From: Tubulanus polymorphus
Taxonomy: Eukaryota > Animalia > Nemertea
Assembly (NCBI RefSeq): GCF_964204645.1
Contig: NC_134026.1
Span: 1,697,950 to 1,761,949, forward strand
Direction: 5' to 3'
DNA length: 64,000 nucleotides
Below the pieces are notes generated by a model that saw only the letters and a program-made list of their open reading frames with translations, had not been told where the DNA came from and did not search any database. Below are positions 31,001 through 49,943 of the stretch, one piece after another (the first letter of the stretch is position 1; every line of letters begins with the position of its first letter). A program made the translations under genes and the position numbers.

Positions 31001-34000
31001 TTTACTAGCATTTTACTAGTAAAATATAAAGAACATAAGACAATTTATGAATATTGTTTGGAATTTCAGGAAATTGATCGTCCCGTCCTGTTTAACTTTG
31101 CTAACAGAGGATCATTTTACTGATGTTTCTATGGATACGGTGCTTGTTTTATTGCTGCCGTTTTTGATAAAAACTCAGAATCAGAATAAACGCTTTGCTG
31201 CAATGATTATGGGGAGCAAATTTGCCGAGAAACATCCGCTATTGAAGAATTTGCATGAAGGTAAACTTGCACGTGCTTGAATTTGTTCAGTATCAATGTC
31301 GGATTTCATGTTCTTATTGGCGTAAAATTTGTATTTGTTAATATTTCAGAAACATCAGAAAAGAAAAAACAAAAAAGTCATTTGATACTACAAAATCTTG
31401 TCAATGCACTAAAAGAACAAGACATCGCTTCAAGGAAAAGCTTCGTGAGTAATTTCAATGGATGATTAGAGCCTACTGGTTCATAATCGTATGAATAATT
31501 ATGCTTGCAGCAGATGCTTTTGTGTTTTCCCAATGATAGAATATTCATATATGAACACCTGTTATTAATTTGTAGTTGATAAAGTTATTGGATGCTGACA
31601 AGGAACACCTACCGGTGCTGTACGATGTCATTTCACTATTCGTTTTGACTGGTTTGCTGCCGAGTGTTGAAAATGCAACCGAGGGATTTTACTATGAGAC
31701 GCATATAGTTGCAATACTCGAGAAATGCCTTCTACCAAACATGGTATGTTGTACCATGTACAGCGTTTTAAAACTGAATCTCCTGAATATATTTTGAAAT
31801 CTATCGATTGTTTTTCAGATTAAAGGGCTGAACGATGGTGTAGCTCATGACGATATTGAGAGTATACTGTTGAAAGCTGTAAGGTTATCAGTCACTGATT
31901 CTACCATGTTGTTGCCATTTGTGTTGTGGATCTTGGATCAATTGATAACTTCCATCTGTGTATCACCCGAACTGAAAGGTTCGTATATCGGTAGATTCGA
32001 GGCATAAATTAAACTTGAAATGGAATTCATGGAATATTGTTATTTTTTTCACAGATATTGATTGGTGGGAGAAAGAGGAACAGGATTGTCCGCTAAAACC
32101 GTTCAAATTCTACACAGACCTGTTCACTTTGTTAACAAATGCCGCATCAAATAAAGAAACATCAGAGTTTGAGCTGTTTAGAAATCCATTGTTAAAATTT
32201 CTTCAGGTTTGTTCATCGTAATCATATGAAGTTTGAGTTGTTTTGATTTCATTCATAAATATCAATACGTCTTAAAAACTGTATCATTTTAGAGGTTTCC
32301 TGATATCATGCTGTATCAGTTTCTGGAAATGATGTGGAGAGACAGCTCTGATGTTATTACTCAATTGAATGCTCTGTACATTGCTGAGGTTTTCATCGAG
32401 AATTCATCCATCGATCACTTAAATCAACAAGATTCTGGTAAATAAATTTTCAGCCAATCAATTTCCTTTTGATTTGAACCTTTCATATCGTGGCATAGTA
32501 AGATTGCTTGATGAATATCTAGAGATAATTTTGAGTTTCTAGAAAGAACAAAAGAGTCAATCTATGTACGTCTCTTTATTGCAGTTATCCCTAGTTTATT
32601 GTGCTGTTTGTCAAGTGATGAGAAAAAAGTGCGTAAAGCGGCAGTTGCTTGTTTCAAGTCGATTCAAGAAGCTCTGGAAGACAAAAACGATGTTGATACG
32701 TTTGTGTACATTTATCTGATCCGTGAAGTTGTTCAAAGGCAGGAAGAATTGATATCAGATTGTAACCACATATCTGAGGTGAGTTTATTAACTTTGTATA
32801 CAAAACAAAACTAAATGAATCAGTTTTTAGGACATGTATTCGATGTATATACGTTCGATCCCTCATCTTTTTCATGATAGGCTATTGGTTTAATCTTACG
32901 AGATGGTTATAACTCATCGGAGAAAAATCTTCTGGCTAATCTAGAGTCACTTGTGTCGATCGTCCTCCAAGATGAAACTCCTTTGTCAGTGAAAGACGTC
33001 ATTTTAATGCAGTTATCCGGCATAGATGAGCAGGTCAGTTTCTTTTTGTGTCGAATTCAATGTCAATTCCTGTATCTCGCCATATTTCCTCTTCGCTAAG
33101 TTAAAGATGTATCATTTTCTAGAAGCTGTTGACGAAACTGTTACCGTTTCTAACTCATCTGATAGAAAAGGAAAGTCTCAACGAGTCAGAAACGAGGTGT
33201 ATTCATCGACTCGTCCAGAGATTCAATGAGGTCACCGCTTCGTTACTGTCTCAGAAGAAAGTATTCGACGTGTTTGTCGCTTGTATGAATAAAACAACCG
33301 GACATGATGCCGAATATTCATCCGTTCAGTACATCGCATTATCACAGGTTTATATTGCAGCAATTTGTCACAATTATATTTGTCGTTTATTTGAGATCCT
33401 GTAGGCCTTATATTTTGATGTGCACTGTTCTTGCTTTGCAGATAAAGAAAGAGTTCTTCACAGCTTTGACTCCAAAGGTTCAACAAGAACTGATATCAGA
33501 GCTGTTCGATTTATGGGTTGATAGTAAATTAACGCAAACTGCATCTTGCGTTACGAAATGTCTCAAAGGTGTAAGTATAAATGTGTAGATTGATTATTGG
33601 AATTGTAGCGAATTTACGTCTTTATTTGATGGATTGTGAATGTTAATGTTTTTAGTTGACGCTAGACGCTCAGCACGTGATTGTTGAATTGAATAAACTG
33701 AGAGCTGGTAATAAAGCCACTACAGTTCGCGATGCTAAACGTGTTAGACGTCAATCAAAACCAGCGGAGTCTGAACAGAGCGAGTTAGATACTCGTCCAT
33801 GGCAGAGATCATTATTGGTTCTGGAGATGCTTCAATCGAAGAAAAAGATACACAATGTTTCCAAGTTGATACAGTCTCTTTTTAACATTCTGAAAATGTA
33901 AGAAATTTATTACATCGAATTTCATCACTTAAAATCTTCTGATTTCCTTGTCTTTTACCGAGCATGCTATATTGATATTTCAATAATTCAGCAAATATTG

Positions 34001-37000
34001 ATTTCTTATTCAGTATTTTAGAATTGGATAGTCAGGTTCCGGCTGAATATGCGAAACAACTAGTGATGTCGTGTCTGAATAATATCTGTACTAAACTAAC
34101 ACCTGAAGGTATGGAACAGGTTCCTCAGTCCTGACTTTATTCAGATTCGAACAATTGCTTATATCGCGTTCTATTGTATTTCAGATGTTGAAAATGAAGA
34201 ACACTTTAACGTGGAACTGATTGTACAATGTATTCGAACATCTAACAATCCTCAAACTCATCATCATGCTCTGTTACTATTAACTGTTGCAGCTGCTTTA
34301 TTCCCAGTAAGTTTCCTTATTTTCCTAGTTAAGTTTGTAGCGTAACTTTCAGCAATTCTTTCTAATAATTTTGTTATTCTTCCAGTCTTTGGTACTACAC
34401 AACATCATGTCTATTTTCACGTTTATGGGCGCTAATCTTTTAAGACAAGACGATAGTTACAGTTTCCAGGTGATCACTAAGACCGTTGAGACTGTTATAC
34501 CCGCTCTTATTGAGGTAAGTTATAAGTCGTTGCTATATTTCAACACGATCTCACACAGTTACCTAATATATAAGGGCTGGTAGCAGCTGAATTCTCAATG
34601 TACATTACGCTGTTTATCTTGAAATTGTAAATATTTTCAGGCAAGTGAAAAATCTGCTTCAGAAACTACCAAATTAGACAGTAGTGTTGTGTATGGTGTT
34701 ATACAGGTATTTGTTGATGCCTATCCTCATGTACCTGAACACAGGCGTCTGCCTATCTTCCTGCAACTAGTCAATACGCTCGGACCGAAGAAATACCTGT
34801 GGCCATTGTTAATGCTGCTGTTAGATGGACACGTCCTGCATGAATCGACCAAGACTGAAGATTCAGACAGTAAATCCGTACATACGGATATCGAATTCTG
34901 CGCTAACATCTGCAGCCAGTTTGATCCAGCCGTTCAAGTGCATTCAGGTCAACAATTGTTGCAATATTTGCGAAAACTTCCAGCTGAAAAAGAGGGTACG
35001 AAATGTTTAGTACTTTCAATCTCGGTGTATGAACTTAACAACCCGTATGTGAATCAATGTGTTCTAAATAGATATATGGGAATCTTCCTTTCAGACAAAA
35101 CTAAGGTGTCTAGGCCTACTCGTAGAAAAAGTAAAGTCATTGATAAAACTCTGGTGTTGATAAAACTTGAAAACCACACAGCAAAACAGTATCGTCATTT
35201 CCGTTATATTACAACTTCATTTATCGGTCAAATTCTTGTTAATGAACAATTCCTTGAAAAGGTAAGTATCATTACCCTTGGTCATTAAGGATCTAACTGC
35301 GTGCTGATTGTGTTGCTAATTTAGATATCATACTTGATATTTGAAGGTTGAACAGTCGAAGGGAGGGAATGAAGAAATGGTTGATTTGTATCAATGTATG
35401 TTAGAAGAAGATCTACAGTATATCAGTCAGATAGCGCGATGCCTTACTGACAGCAGCGATCATCTTCCTACTAACAAATTTTGGAAAGTTATGTTAACGA
35501 AAGCGTATGACATTCTAGACAAGGTACAAGGTTATTTATAAAAGAAGAATATTCAGTATGATAATGATAAAACGGTAATGGAGTCACTATTGTGTACGGT
35601 TATATTTCAAGGTGAATAATTTGTTGCCAAACTCGGTGTTCGTTGAAGTCATTTCGGGTTTGATGAAACACGACCTGCAGTTGATCAGACGTAAAGCTAT
35701 GGAACTAATGAATAGCAAACTACAATCAAATCGTGAGCCATTCTCCGAGAAAGAGGTATGCTTGATTCTGTTGATGATTTGTGTAGATTCTGCCTTTAAG
35801 AGTCTAATTTTACCTTGTCGTTTTCAGGCATCATTGTTCCTATCAGTCATAGATCAACTGGTTGAAGTTGTTAAAACAGCCAGCGACCAGTCGACTGAAG
35901 AATCCTCCTACAATCAACTGACTGCTCTATTTTGTCTCAGAGTACAATGCAAAATATTTGGAAATAAGAATCCAGATAAATTCAAACCGGTAACTATAAT
36001 ATTCACTGACAAATTAGTGTAATATTTTGGCATGTAGTCTTTACCTGGTGTGATTCTGTTTGTTTCTAGATTCTACAAGTTGTAACCAATATTTTTTCTC
36101 GAGAAAACATCAGTTCACAAGTGGCATCAGGAGCTTTACTCTGTTTGGCTGAGTTGTGTAGTACTTTGAAAGCTCATTCAATTCCATACCTGTCGAAATT
36201 CATGCCAAAAGTTATTCAGGTTCTGCAAAACGATAAGAAACTTCAGAGGTAATTATACCGTATACTGTGAGAATGTAGATTGCATCAAAGGATCTTATTT
36301 CATTCTTAAAAATCATGTATTTCAGCAATGATATGTTGCTGGTTAGTGCTGTCACTACCGTTCAGAAAGTAGTTGAATGTCTTCCTCATTTCATTAGTCC
36401 TTATGTTCAGGATATTATCGGAAAGGTAAAATATAGTCCAGTGCAGATTTCACTTCTTTAGAATGATATCGAGTAAATATGATTCGTGGATCTATTAAAG
36501 GTTGCTGTCTTGAGTATTTTACCGGAAACGGAAACAGAAGCCACAGTACAAAAATCTCAATTTTACTCGCGACTGAAATCAGTTCGTCAGAATCTGGCTG
36601 CATTGCTGCCAACAAGAGTGCTTCTACCAGCTGTATCTAAGTGTTACGAAGTGACTGAGGATGAAAATCGAGTAAGTTCGCATATTTATTTTACATACCC
36701 ATTTAGGTGTATTTTTATTTATTAGGAATAGTCATTAGGATTCATATTTTAATATACTTGTTACGCAGGAAAGTTTGTGTACACTGTTTGAAATTCTATC
36801 CGATCATTTGCTTAAATTGACGAAAGAACAATTGACCGGTCATCAAACTCAAATACTGAACTTCTTCCTTGTTGCGTTGGATTATAGAAATGACCATTCG
36901 GAGGTAAGTTCTAGGAATTTCAGTGAATGCTGGCTTAAATCATTTATGTATAGTAGAAATCAGTACCTGTAATTCTGTTATTTTTAGTTGAACGTCGAAG

Positions 37001-38284
37001 AAGTTGAGAAAATCGAATGCTATATAATTGATGCTATAGTTGCGATGGTGATGAAACTTTCTGAATCAAGTTTCAGACCAATGTTCTTCAAGGTGCGTAA
37101 GGGTTTTCTGTCTTGTTAAAGCTTTTTATTTATTCATCTTGATAAAGTTTTGAATGATATTTATTCCCTTTTGATTACAGCTATTTGATTGGGCTACTAG
37201 AAGTGACACACATAAGGACAGAATGTTGACATTCTACAAACTTTGCGATGGGTAAGTTTTGTCCTTGATAGTCTATGGTATACACTCCCATATAACTTAG
37301 ATATTCACGTAACCAAAATTTGCTTTCAGATTTGCGATGAAATTGAAGAGTTTGTTTACACTATTCGCTGGACATTTTATCAAAAATGCTGCAAACTTGT
37401 TGAATGAAAATAACCAAAGTAAATCAGGTAAATAAATTTGTTCACCTGCCTTTTAGGGTTATTGTAGTTTCCATCATACTCTGAATAGTTATATTCAATA
37501 TTACAGATGAAACTACGTTTGGTTGCGGAGAAACTGATGTGACTAAGTCTTCATTATTGTTGTCATACATCCTGGATTGTCTACAGAAATGTTTCCTCTA
37601 CGATAACGAAGGATTGATTAATAAAGAAAGATTTGACACATTGATGCAGCCACTGGTTGACCAGGTATTCTATCTTAGATACTGAAGCCTAATCCATACT
37701 ATGTTTACCATAGACATAGAACTCTTGTTTATTTTCTGTCATTGTAGATCGAGAATACACAAGGTGGTGAAGACGTTTATGTTGATAGAATAGCGCAACA
37801 CGTTGTCCCGTGTATTTCACAGTTTGCTCTAGCAGTGGGAGATGATGCTTCATGGAAACCGCTCAATTATCAAATTCTACTGAAAACAAGAAATGAATCG
37901 CCAAAGGTATAAATGAATTAATATATCATAATGATCATCGGGTATCTTTTCCTATCATTATATACGGTACTAAACTCCCTTGGGTCATTTTTAGGTGCGG
38001 TTTGCTGCGTTGAAAGTTGTTGAGGCGGTTTGTAAAATATTGGGTGAAAACTACATGGCCCTTCTACCAGAATCTATTCCTTTCCTAGCTGAACTGATGG
38101 AAGGTAAGACAACAGTTGTACATGTACAAATCTGTAGATTCTCATCTACAAATGTCTACGGTATGTGTTAAATTTCGCTATAAATAATTTTTCAGATGAA
38201 TCATTTGAAGTTGAACAACTATGTCAAGACGTGGTAGGACAACTGGAAGTCATTCTTGGTGAACCATTACAAAAATATTTCTAA
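28092..38284 (+). CDS. HEATR1: HEAT repeat-containing protein 1 (UTP10/BAP28), many short exons
   Basis: MTTSLAQQLARLAVP...ASLLFEPKEAA, LSPYFLLRPAHKALEWLI, HNIMSIFTFMG, FVDAYPHVPEHRR, KLSESSFRPMFFK, WKPLNYQILLKTR, LLPESIPFLAELME...LGEPLQKYF*. GC donor at 30441. AATAAA at ~38319. Confidence 0.96.
30632..30862. mobile_element. Degenerate hAT-like MITE in a HEATR1 intron
   Basis: CAGGATT...AATCCTG ends with repeated AATCAGGGAATT motifs. Related motifs occur at ~19706-19750 and ~59226. No target-site duplication seen. Confidence 0.45.
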
Positions 38285-39215
38285 AAACATCAATGACTGT
38301 ATCCACTATTGTATTTCCAATAAATGGTTTAACTGTCAGTAATCTGTCTTGTCAATGATTCATCTTATGATTTCAGCTTTGCAGAGACCAGTGTAGGGAT
38401 TTTATGAGACATTAGAAATTAAAAGATTTACTTACAAATATTAGAACTTTATTAAATCATAAGAAATTATAATTTGTGCTTGGTAACAACAGTACATGAA
38501 ACTCATAACAGTTCTCTTAACAATGAACAATTTTATCAAATTCATAGAAAAAATATACCGGTACATATCTTTCACCTATTATTTACAATATATTTATTGA
38601 ATTATTTATACCAACACTGAGGATAATCGCAGCAGTTCTAAATACAGGAGACTGTAGGAATGCTGTATATTGGCACATCATAAACCTGTATGTTGGATAT
38701 CTGCTGCCTTCAATATGAAAATCTTGAAAACGAAAATGTATTGAAAGATTTTGTGATAAAACCCATATAATTGATGCGGTTATCTATACTATTCTATTTG
38801 GAATGTTGAAAGTAGATTGACCTGCTCGAACCTCTGATTTGAATATGAAGTATTGTTATGATTGATACATGGCTAGGTATTATCTACCTCGGCGAAACTC
38901 AACAATGAATGCTGCCTTTGAAAAAAGGTTACAACTTGTTATTATTGCATGAATATCAAAGAGCATTGATCAAAAGCACAGATCCTATTGATATGCGATA
39001 AAGAGTGCACACATATGAACTAGATAAGGTAGAAACATATGCGTGCCATGTCTGTTACACTATTATGCTATATCAAAATTTTTAATCAATTGTAAATACA
39101 GTTAACAATATATTCCATTTTAATGAGGTACAAAATTAAACAAATTTAACTACTGTATCATTTACAATTTTTGTTTTTTTCATGGCAATGATAATACTGG
39201 AATTTCATTAACAGG

Positions 39216-39628
39216 CTACTTCTTTTCATAGTTTGAATATATGTATTTCCAAAGCGAAAATCCATGAAATAATATCAGTAATAGAATACCGGTGATGTAT
39301 AGCGCCATGCATATCTGCCACCAAAGCAATGCTTCTTTCGATAATTTCTTCGTTCTTTCTCTGCTTTTACTGATCAAGCAAGAAACTGATGTTGAGGGTG
39401 GCATTTCTTGGATCCCCACAGCGTTATTAGTGGACATGGTTGAATCTTTGTCATTAGATATTTCGACATTTCTCATAAGTATGCCCGAGGTCATCTTTAT
39501 CTAAAAGTGAATCAAAGCATATATTTAGTATAAGTGGAGTAATTAAGGAAACAATAGTTTTTCTAGCTCAATCGTCGGTCACTCAATCTGAAGATTTTAG
39601 CAATTTGCCTAAAATAGTTTACCTTCAT
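39216..39628 (-). CDS. Small orphan membrane protein (~96 aa), tail-anchored topology; exons 39628-39623 and 39500-39216
   Basis: ATG AAG|GTAAAC donor and TTTTAG|ATA AAG ATG acceptor are in frame. Single hydrophobic segment ALLWWQICMALYITGILLLILFHGFSLW followed by KYIYSNYEKK*. Upstream GTAAGT donor at ~39727. Confidence 0.55.
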
Positions 39629-40479
39629 AGTTCACTTGCCTTATAAGTACAAAATGACTACAACTTATTGTTATGTTTAATGATCAATAAAGTTATCAAT
39701 CTGATTATTTCTAATAATTTACTTACCATCATAACGTGTAAATTTACATTGTGTGTTTACGCATGTATAGTTTACACATGTCCTGTGTGGTTTATGACTG
39801 ACTTGATTCATCAACATGCGCCTGTGCCTGTGGTGAATAAACACAGCACTTCCACGGAGTTGCGGCATTCGCTCATAGGGGAAACAGGTTTTAATAGTCT
39901 AAGTAAATAATGGTTTTATTATGGGGGTGAATTGTCAAAGTAGATGTCACCACCATACAGAAAATCTCATGACTCGAACGTAAACTCAGTATTTCCACAA
40001 CTGATTGAAACTTAATTCATCCACAACTCCATTTAAAACCAATCGAAATGAAAATAACACGTCTTACAAAGAAAATCTACAGTTTATTTAATTACTATGA
40101 TAATTACAATATAGAAATAGAAAAACTTCCTACAAATATACCCCGCCAGCAGGAATATTGAAAATAGAACTGTCTTGTATTTTAATTATTGAGATCATTA
40201 GAATATTTACAGATCAACGCTATAGAAATGATAACATAATTATCTCATATATTGCACAGTCAATTATATGCTAAAGCTTTTACAAATATTCATCAATAAT
40301 CATAGAACAAATGATTTTTAGTAATCAATATGACTTGTTATTGTAAGATATTGCAGTTTAACACGCTAGGATAGAATCTAGTGCGAGTATTAAGACCTAC
40401 AGTTTATCACATATAAATATCATATAAAAACAATGGATCGATTTTAAAGTCAATGTCTCTCATCTATCGTATTCAAGGA

Positions 40480-43400
40480 TTACTTGGAATTTTCATTGCT
40501 TTTTTGATTAGCCTTGATTTCTGCTCGAGATTCAGCCTCTTCGATCATACTTGTTCCCTAAAATGATAAACCGCCGTAAAGATCTTATTACACTCAAGGA
40601 GGCCAAAGAAAAGAAAGCAACTTGAAATTTAGGAAACGTACCCAAACATAAAATGTTGCAGCACCGGCGGATACATCACGGACTTGTTCCAGATCGAACT
40701 GTGTGAAATACATCTTAGCTTTGCGAGCGATGTTGATATCAAGTTTCGAAGCGTCCAGACCAAGACAGCGCCGTTTCAAACTTTCCTTACCAGTTTTACC
40801 AACCAGCGCTTGAACTGCCTTCCAAACCTATCGCAAGTAATACACAAAAGGGAAAGTAGACATAATACCCAGTAATTGGGTGATTGAACAACAAGCCATT
40901 CTTGAATTGTAATCAGGAAAATTTTTTTCTCTTTTCTCACCTTGGTTTCTTTTTCCTTGTGTCCAAGTAAGAAGAATGTCCCGATCATAACCGTGTGGAC
41001 TGCAACTGGAGGTTTCTGATAGCTGCGAATCTCGGCGACAGTTGTCTGTTTCAGTTCTAGAATTTCAGCACGAATTCTCTCTAAACGTCTCAACTGAAGC
41101 AACAGTTTATTCGCTTCAATCATCTCATTCGTCAACGCCGGTTCAAAACCATTCTTTTTAACATTGTCAACAGCTTTCTCTAAATCTTGCAGCACACGTC
41201 GATCCATAGCTGATAGCAGCTCTAAATCGAAAATAACCATGTCTTTAATATCGGCCTTTTGATTTGTTGTCGAGAAATCACCTTGATGCTACATTTACCA
41301 ACACACAACTTACTTTCTTTAGCTTTAAACTGTTTGAGGAGTCGTTCAGCTTTGAATAGATCACCTTCATCATCGGGAAGCTGAGCTTTTTTAAATTCTC
41401 CGACTGATTTTGTAAGTTTTTCTCGATCACGAGATTTGATCGCGACTTTCAACTCGTAGCGAATCCTCTTGTGATTATTTTCTATGATAAGATACAACAA
41501 ATCAGCCGTATTCATATCAATCAATTCTACTATATTCTTGTCTAATGTGCCACTAATTGTTCTGATTATCTACAGATTTACACATCATACCTGTAGCACG
41601 AGCACGTGCTGCCTTTTCTTTATCTTCTGCTTCTTTTCGAGATTTTGCATCTTTCGCATTCCTGATTTCTTCCTGCGCTAGCCTCAAGTCTTCCTGCGCT
41701 TTTTGTTCAGAACTCATTGCCTCCTGCAAATATAAATGATTATATGTTCTTAGATTTCATCATTAATACATCTACTTAAATTGCACTGAATATAGGAAGG
41801 ATACTAACTATGGCTTTAACTTCGGCTTCATTTCCTTCTTGTTCCTCTCGTAGACGTCTTTCTTCTTCTTCTTTCATTTGTTTTTCTTGTAAATCTTTCA
41901 GTCGGCGGATCTCTTCCAGTTCCTCCTAAAATTCAACATTGTCACCAAACAAATGAATAAATCGTATACGACAAATGAAACGGAAGGTATAAACATCTTA
42001 TTCAACCAGAATCATATAATTATAAACTATATCCAAAATTCATAAATTTTTTAATATATTCATGAATGCAGAATCACACCATATTTCAACTGTTTATCTT
42101 AAAACTAATATTCCAAAAATGGCATATATATTATATAATATACAGACATAAACGATGAAATGTGTATTCATGGTCAGGCCCAGTTTCATAAAAAAGGTTT
42201 GAAAATTTAAATCATCGAACAGTTTAACTTATTTTACGAAACTAGGCAAATTTCATAAAGATACATTGTGTCTCATGCAGGATTTGTGCAAACATTTAGT
42301 GATTTTTTCACATTTTCATTCCTCTAAACTACTAAGGTAAGAACAATTTGATACCACCAGTGCTACAACAAATCATAAGTGCATGTATAATGGACCAATT
42401 TCCAAATGGTATGTAACAATGCATGATCTGATTTAAACAACTGTAGCTTAATTACAATTGTTAACCCCGGTGCACTTGAAAATCACTAATATAAATTTGA
42501 TTATATCCATTCTATTTATTGTATGGGTTTTTTGTACCGACTCCTCTTTTACAAATGACTTCAAGTTAACCTCTTCACCGAGTTCTGCATGTTGTTCATC
42601 CTCAACTACACGAACTTCTTCCATATCTTTTTCTACCTGCTTTTTATACATCATCATACAGACATTGAACTACTGTACATTCGGTCCGACTGATCCACAA
42701 ACGGATTGTTAATGAACGAACGAGTTTAACCTCCTTACCAGGGCTTTACGCTTTCTTTCCCTCTCTTCTTCCTCTTCTTTTTCTCTCACAAGATTCTCTC
42801 TTTCTGCTGCTTCTTTTGCTCCTCTCTCTAAATAACATAATTCATAATGATAACATAATTCACCGAATAACAACAGAAAAATTCTAAATGTATCTTATTT
42901 AAAGAAAATTATTCATCCATTAGATACAAACCTTCTTCTTCCTTCAATCTAAGGATTCTCTCTTGTTCAGCTTCTTTTTCTTGTTTCTTCTTCAGCATTG
43001 CCATCTAAAATATGGGTCAAGATCAAATCTATTATCACCTTTTCATAAACTGTTTCGGTTACAAGAGCGTAAAGTTTTTACATTAATATCAGTAGAAGAA
43101 AGGTTTTGTGAAACATGCAAACAGATAAAAGAATTACCGAGATCCCTTTTCAGAACTGCTTGAATTTTAAACAGAAAATTTTTAAGAACTGATCGCTTAT
43201 TGTAAATCAACACAGAGCTATTAATGAATGAATCAATTAACAGACCTCTTCTTCATTTCTCCTACGTTCCTCATCTTCCTGACGTCGCTTTTCCACTTCT
43301 AACCGTTTTCTGTTCGCTTCTTCCAACCTCTGTATGAATCGTTCTCTTTCTTCCGCTTCTGCCATTTCTTTTTCTAATTTACGTTTGGCCCTTTCTACAA

Positions 43401-44439
43401 ATGATTATCAGAAATTATTCAAAAATTTCTGGAAAAATGCCAAGATATTCATACAGCATTTCATTATACTAACCTTCCTTTTCTCTCTTTTCTTCGTATT
43501 CTTCCTGTAGAATTTGTTCTTTGCTCGCAACGTTACACAGGTCAACTTCTATCTCGGGAAATGTAACTCCGCTACCGGGCACAGCCCTCGATCTCAGAAA
43601 CTTTTCCCATCGGCGTTTTGAAAATAAATCTTGATGCACTGCCTGCATAAACCACCTGTTCAATAGATATCGATATATGAACAAATTCAAGTCATTCAAT
43701 TCCTTCTACTTTCTATATTTTTTAAAGATGATAATTCAAGAAATTTGTAAAATCTTCACCTGGCCTGATCTTCGGTAATGGTGTCAGTTTGTTGTCTATC
43801 TAACATCGAGAATTCCCATCTGAAATCTTGTATCAAATAATAGCGTCTGTCCATCTCAATCAGTACATCATATAATTCACATTTTTCTACCTCTAATCCT
43901 AGACATGTGTAACCAATGGCTGCTCTCGTCTACAATATAAGAAAATAGATTACCTTTAATCAGCCCTTGTAGTAGTATTCTGAATAACAGATGAGTTCCC
44001 CTACCTAGATACTAAACTACCCTTAGTCGATACCATGACTAATGGTACTCCCATATCATTTAACGTTTTCTAATTAACTTGAATTACGGTTCCAAACAAC
44101 ATCAAGAGAAAAGAAAACCTTTTTTTCGCCATGTTTTCATCATAATTTTTCATTTAAGAAAAAGAAAACAGTAGGTACATGTAGGCTTAATAAAAACCAG
44201 ACATAATCGATCAATATTTCAAGAATGTGCACAGCAGGTTTATAATGCCAGACAGTCAACTATCACAACATGCACTATCTCTCAATGTAATTTACCTGAG
44301 CTAAGCTTATTCCACCAATTCGTATATCAGCATGAAGAGACTGCACCTCTTCGACGGTCAGGTAGCTTTTCTGTTCAGTATCGCAGAATTCAAAAACCTC
44401 AGATTGAAGCGCACACCTTTCAGATAACAGATCACCCAT
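40480..44439 (-). CDS. EF-hand-like + E/R/K-rich helix + dynein microtubule-binding-domain-like protein (no motor domain)
   Basis: Starts MGDLLSERCALQSEVFEFCDTEQKSYLTVEEV. Contains FSMLDRQQTDTITEDQAR and charged exons at 43500-41590. C-terminus ILELKQTTVAEIRSYQKPPVAVHTVMIGTFFLLG..|VWKAVQ..LDASKL..FDLEQVRDVSAGAATFYVW|GTSM..NSK*. The exon junctions I checked are GT-AG and in frame. Confidence 0.85.
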
Positions 44440-45094
44440 TGTGACGAATGTTGTCGATTAATAGTTGTTTTTGCTGAAAGATATAATTTTCCCAAATTAT
44501 TTCTATTTCAGTTGCTGTATAAGCTGTGTTACAGAAATTCAATTTTTGCTTGAATTGAATTGATGACTGTGGTGATCCAAGTTATAAACAAATGAAATAC
44601 GTGTGTTAAATAAGCGTTTGAACCGCTGGCAACTACAACTTAATCTAATTATGTTGTAAAACTACTCCTTTCGATGATTAAATGTTATATTCATAATAAT
44701 CTACTCCCTATTTAATCAGAATTTGAACTTTGTAAACATGTTTTAGGTTTGTTTTGACAGTAAAACATTCATTTCCGGGTTTTGACTTTCTAAAACTGAA
44801 ATCTTGCTCTGAAACAGATTCTTCGACTAATCCTCATATTACCATAGAAAAGGGTTACAATGCTGATATTGTTATTGGAAAAACATCTATATTGTATTGC
44901 AATCAATTCTAAAACGCTAATTCAAAATAAGACTCTATTGATAGTTTTTCTGTTCGGAAATGATTCTCGTCGGTTCAGTTACGATTCCTCATATAGATCT
45001 GTCAAAAATGTCCGAGGTGCTGCAAATTAATTTTCTGCCACATATTAAACCAGTACTATGCCCTGTTGATTGATTGAGTCAAAACTACCTCACA

Positions 45095-49943
<4,849 letters not shown>

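Noticed and set aside
28092-38284. Intronic snoRNAs in HEATR1
   Set aside because: I found no convincing C/D or H/ACA box pairs with terminal stems, and most introns are too short.
41795-41810. GTATCCTT on the minus strand as a second U12 donor
   Set aside because: The frame is preserved only with the GTTAGT donor 4 nt upstream, so this is an ordinary U2 intron.
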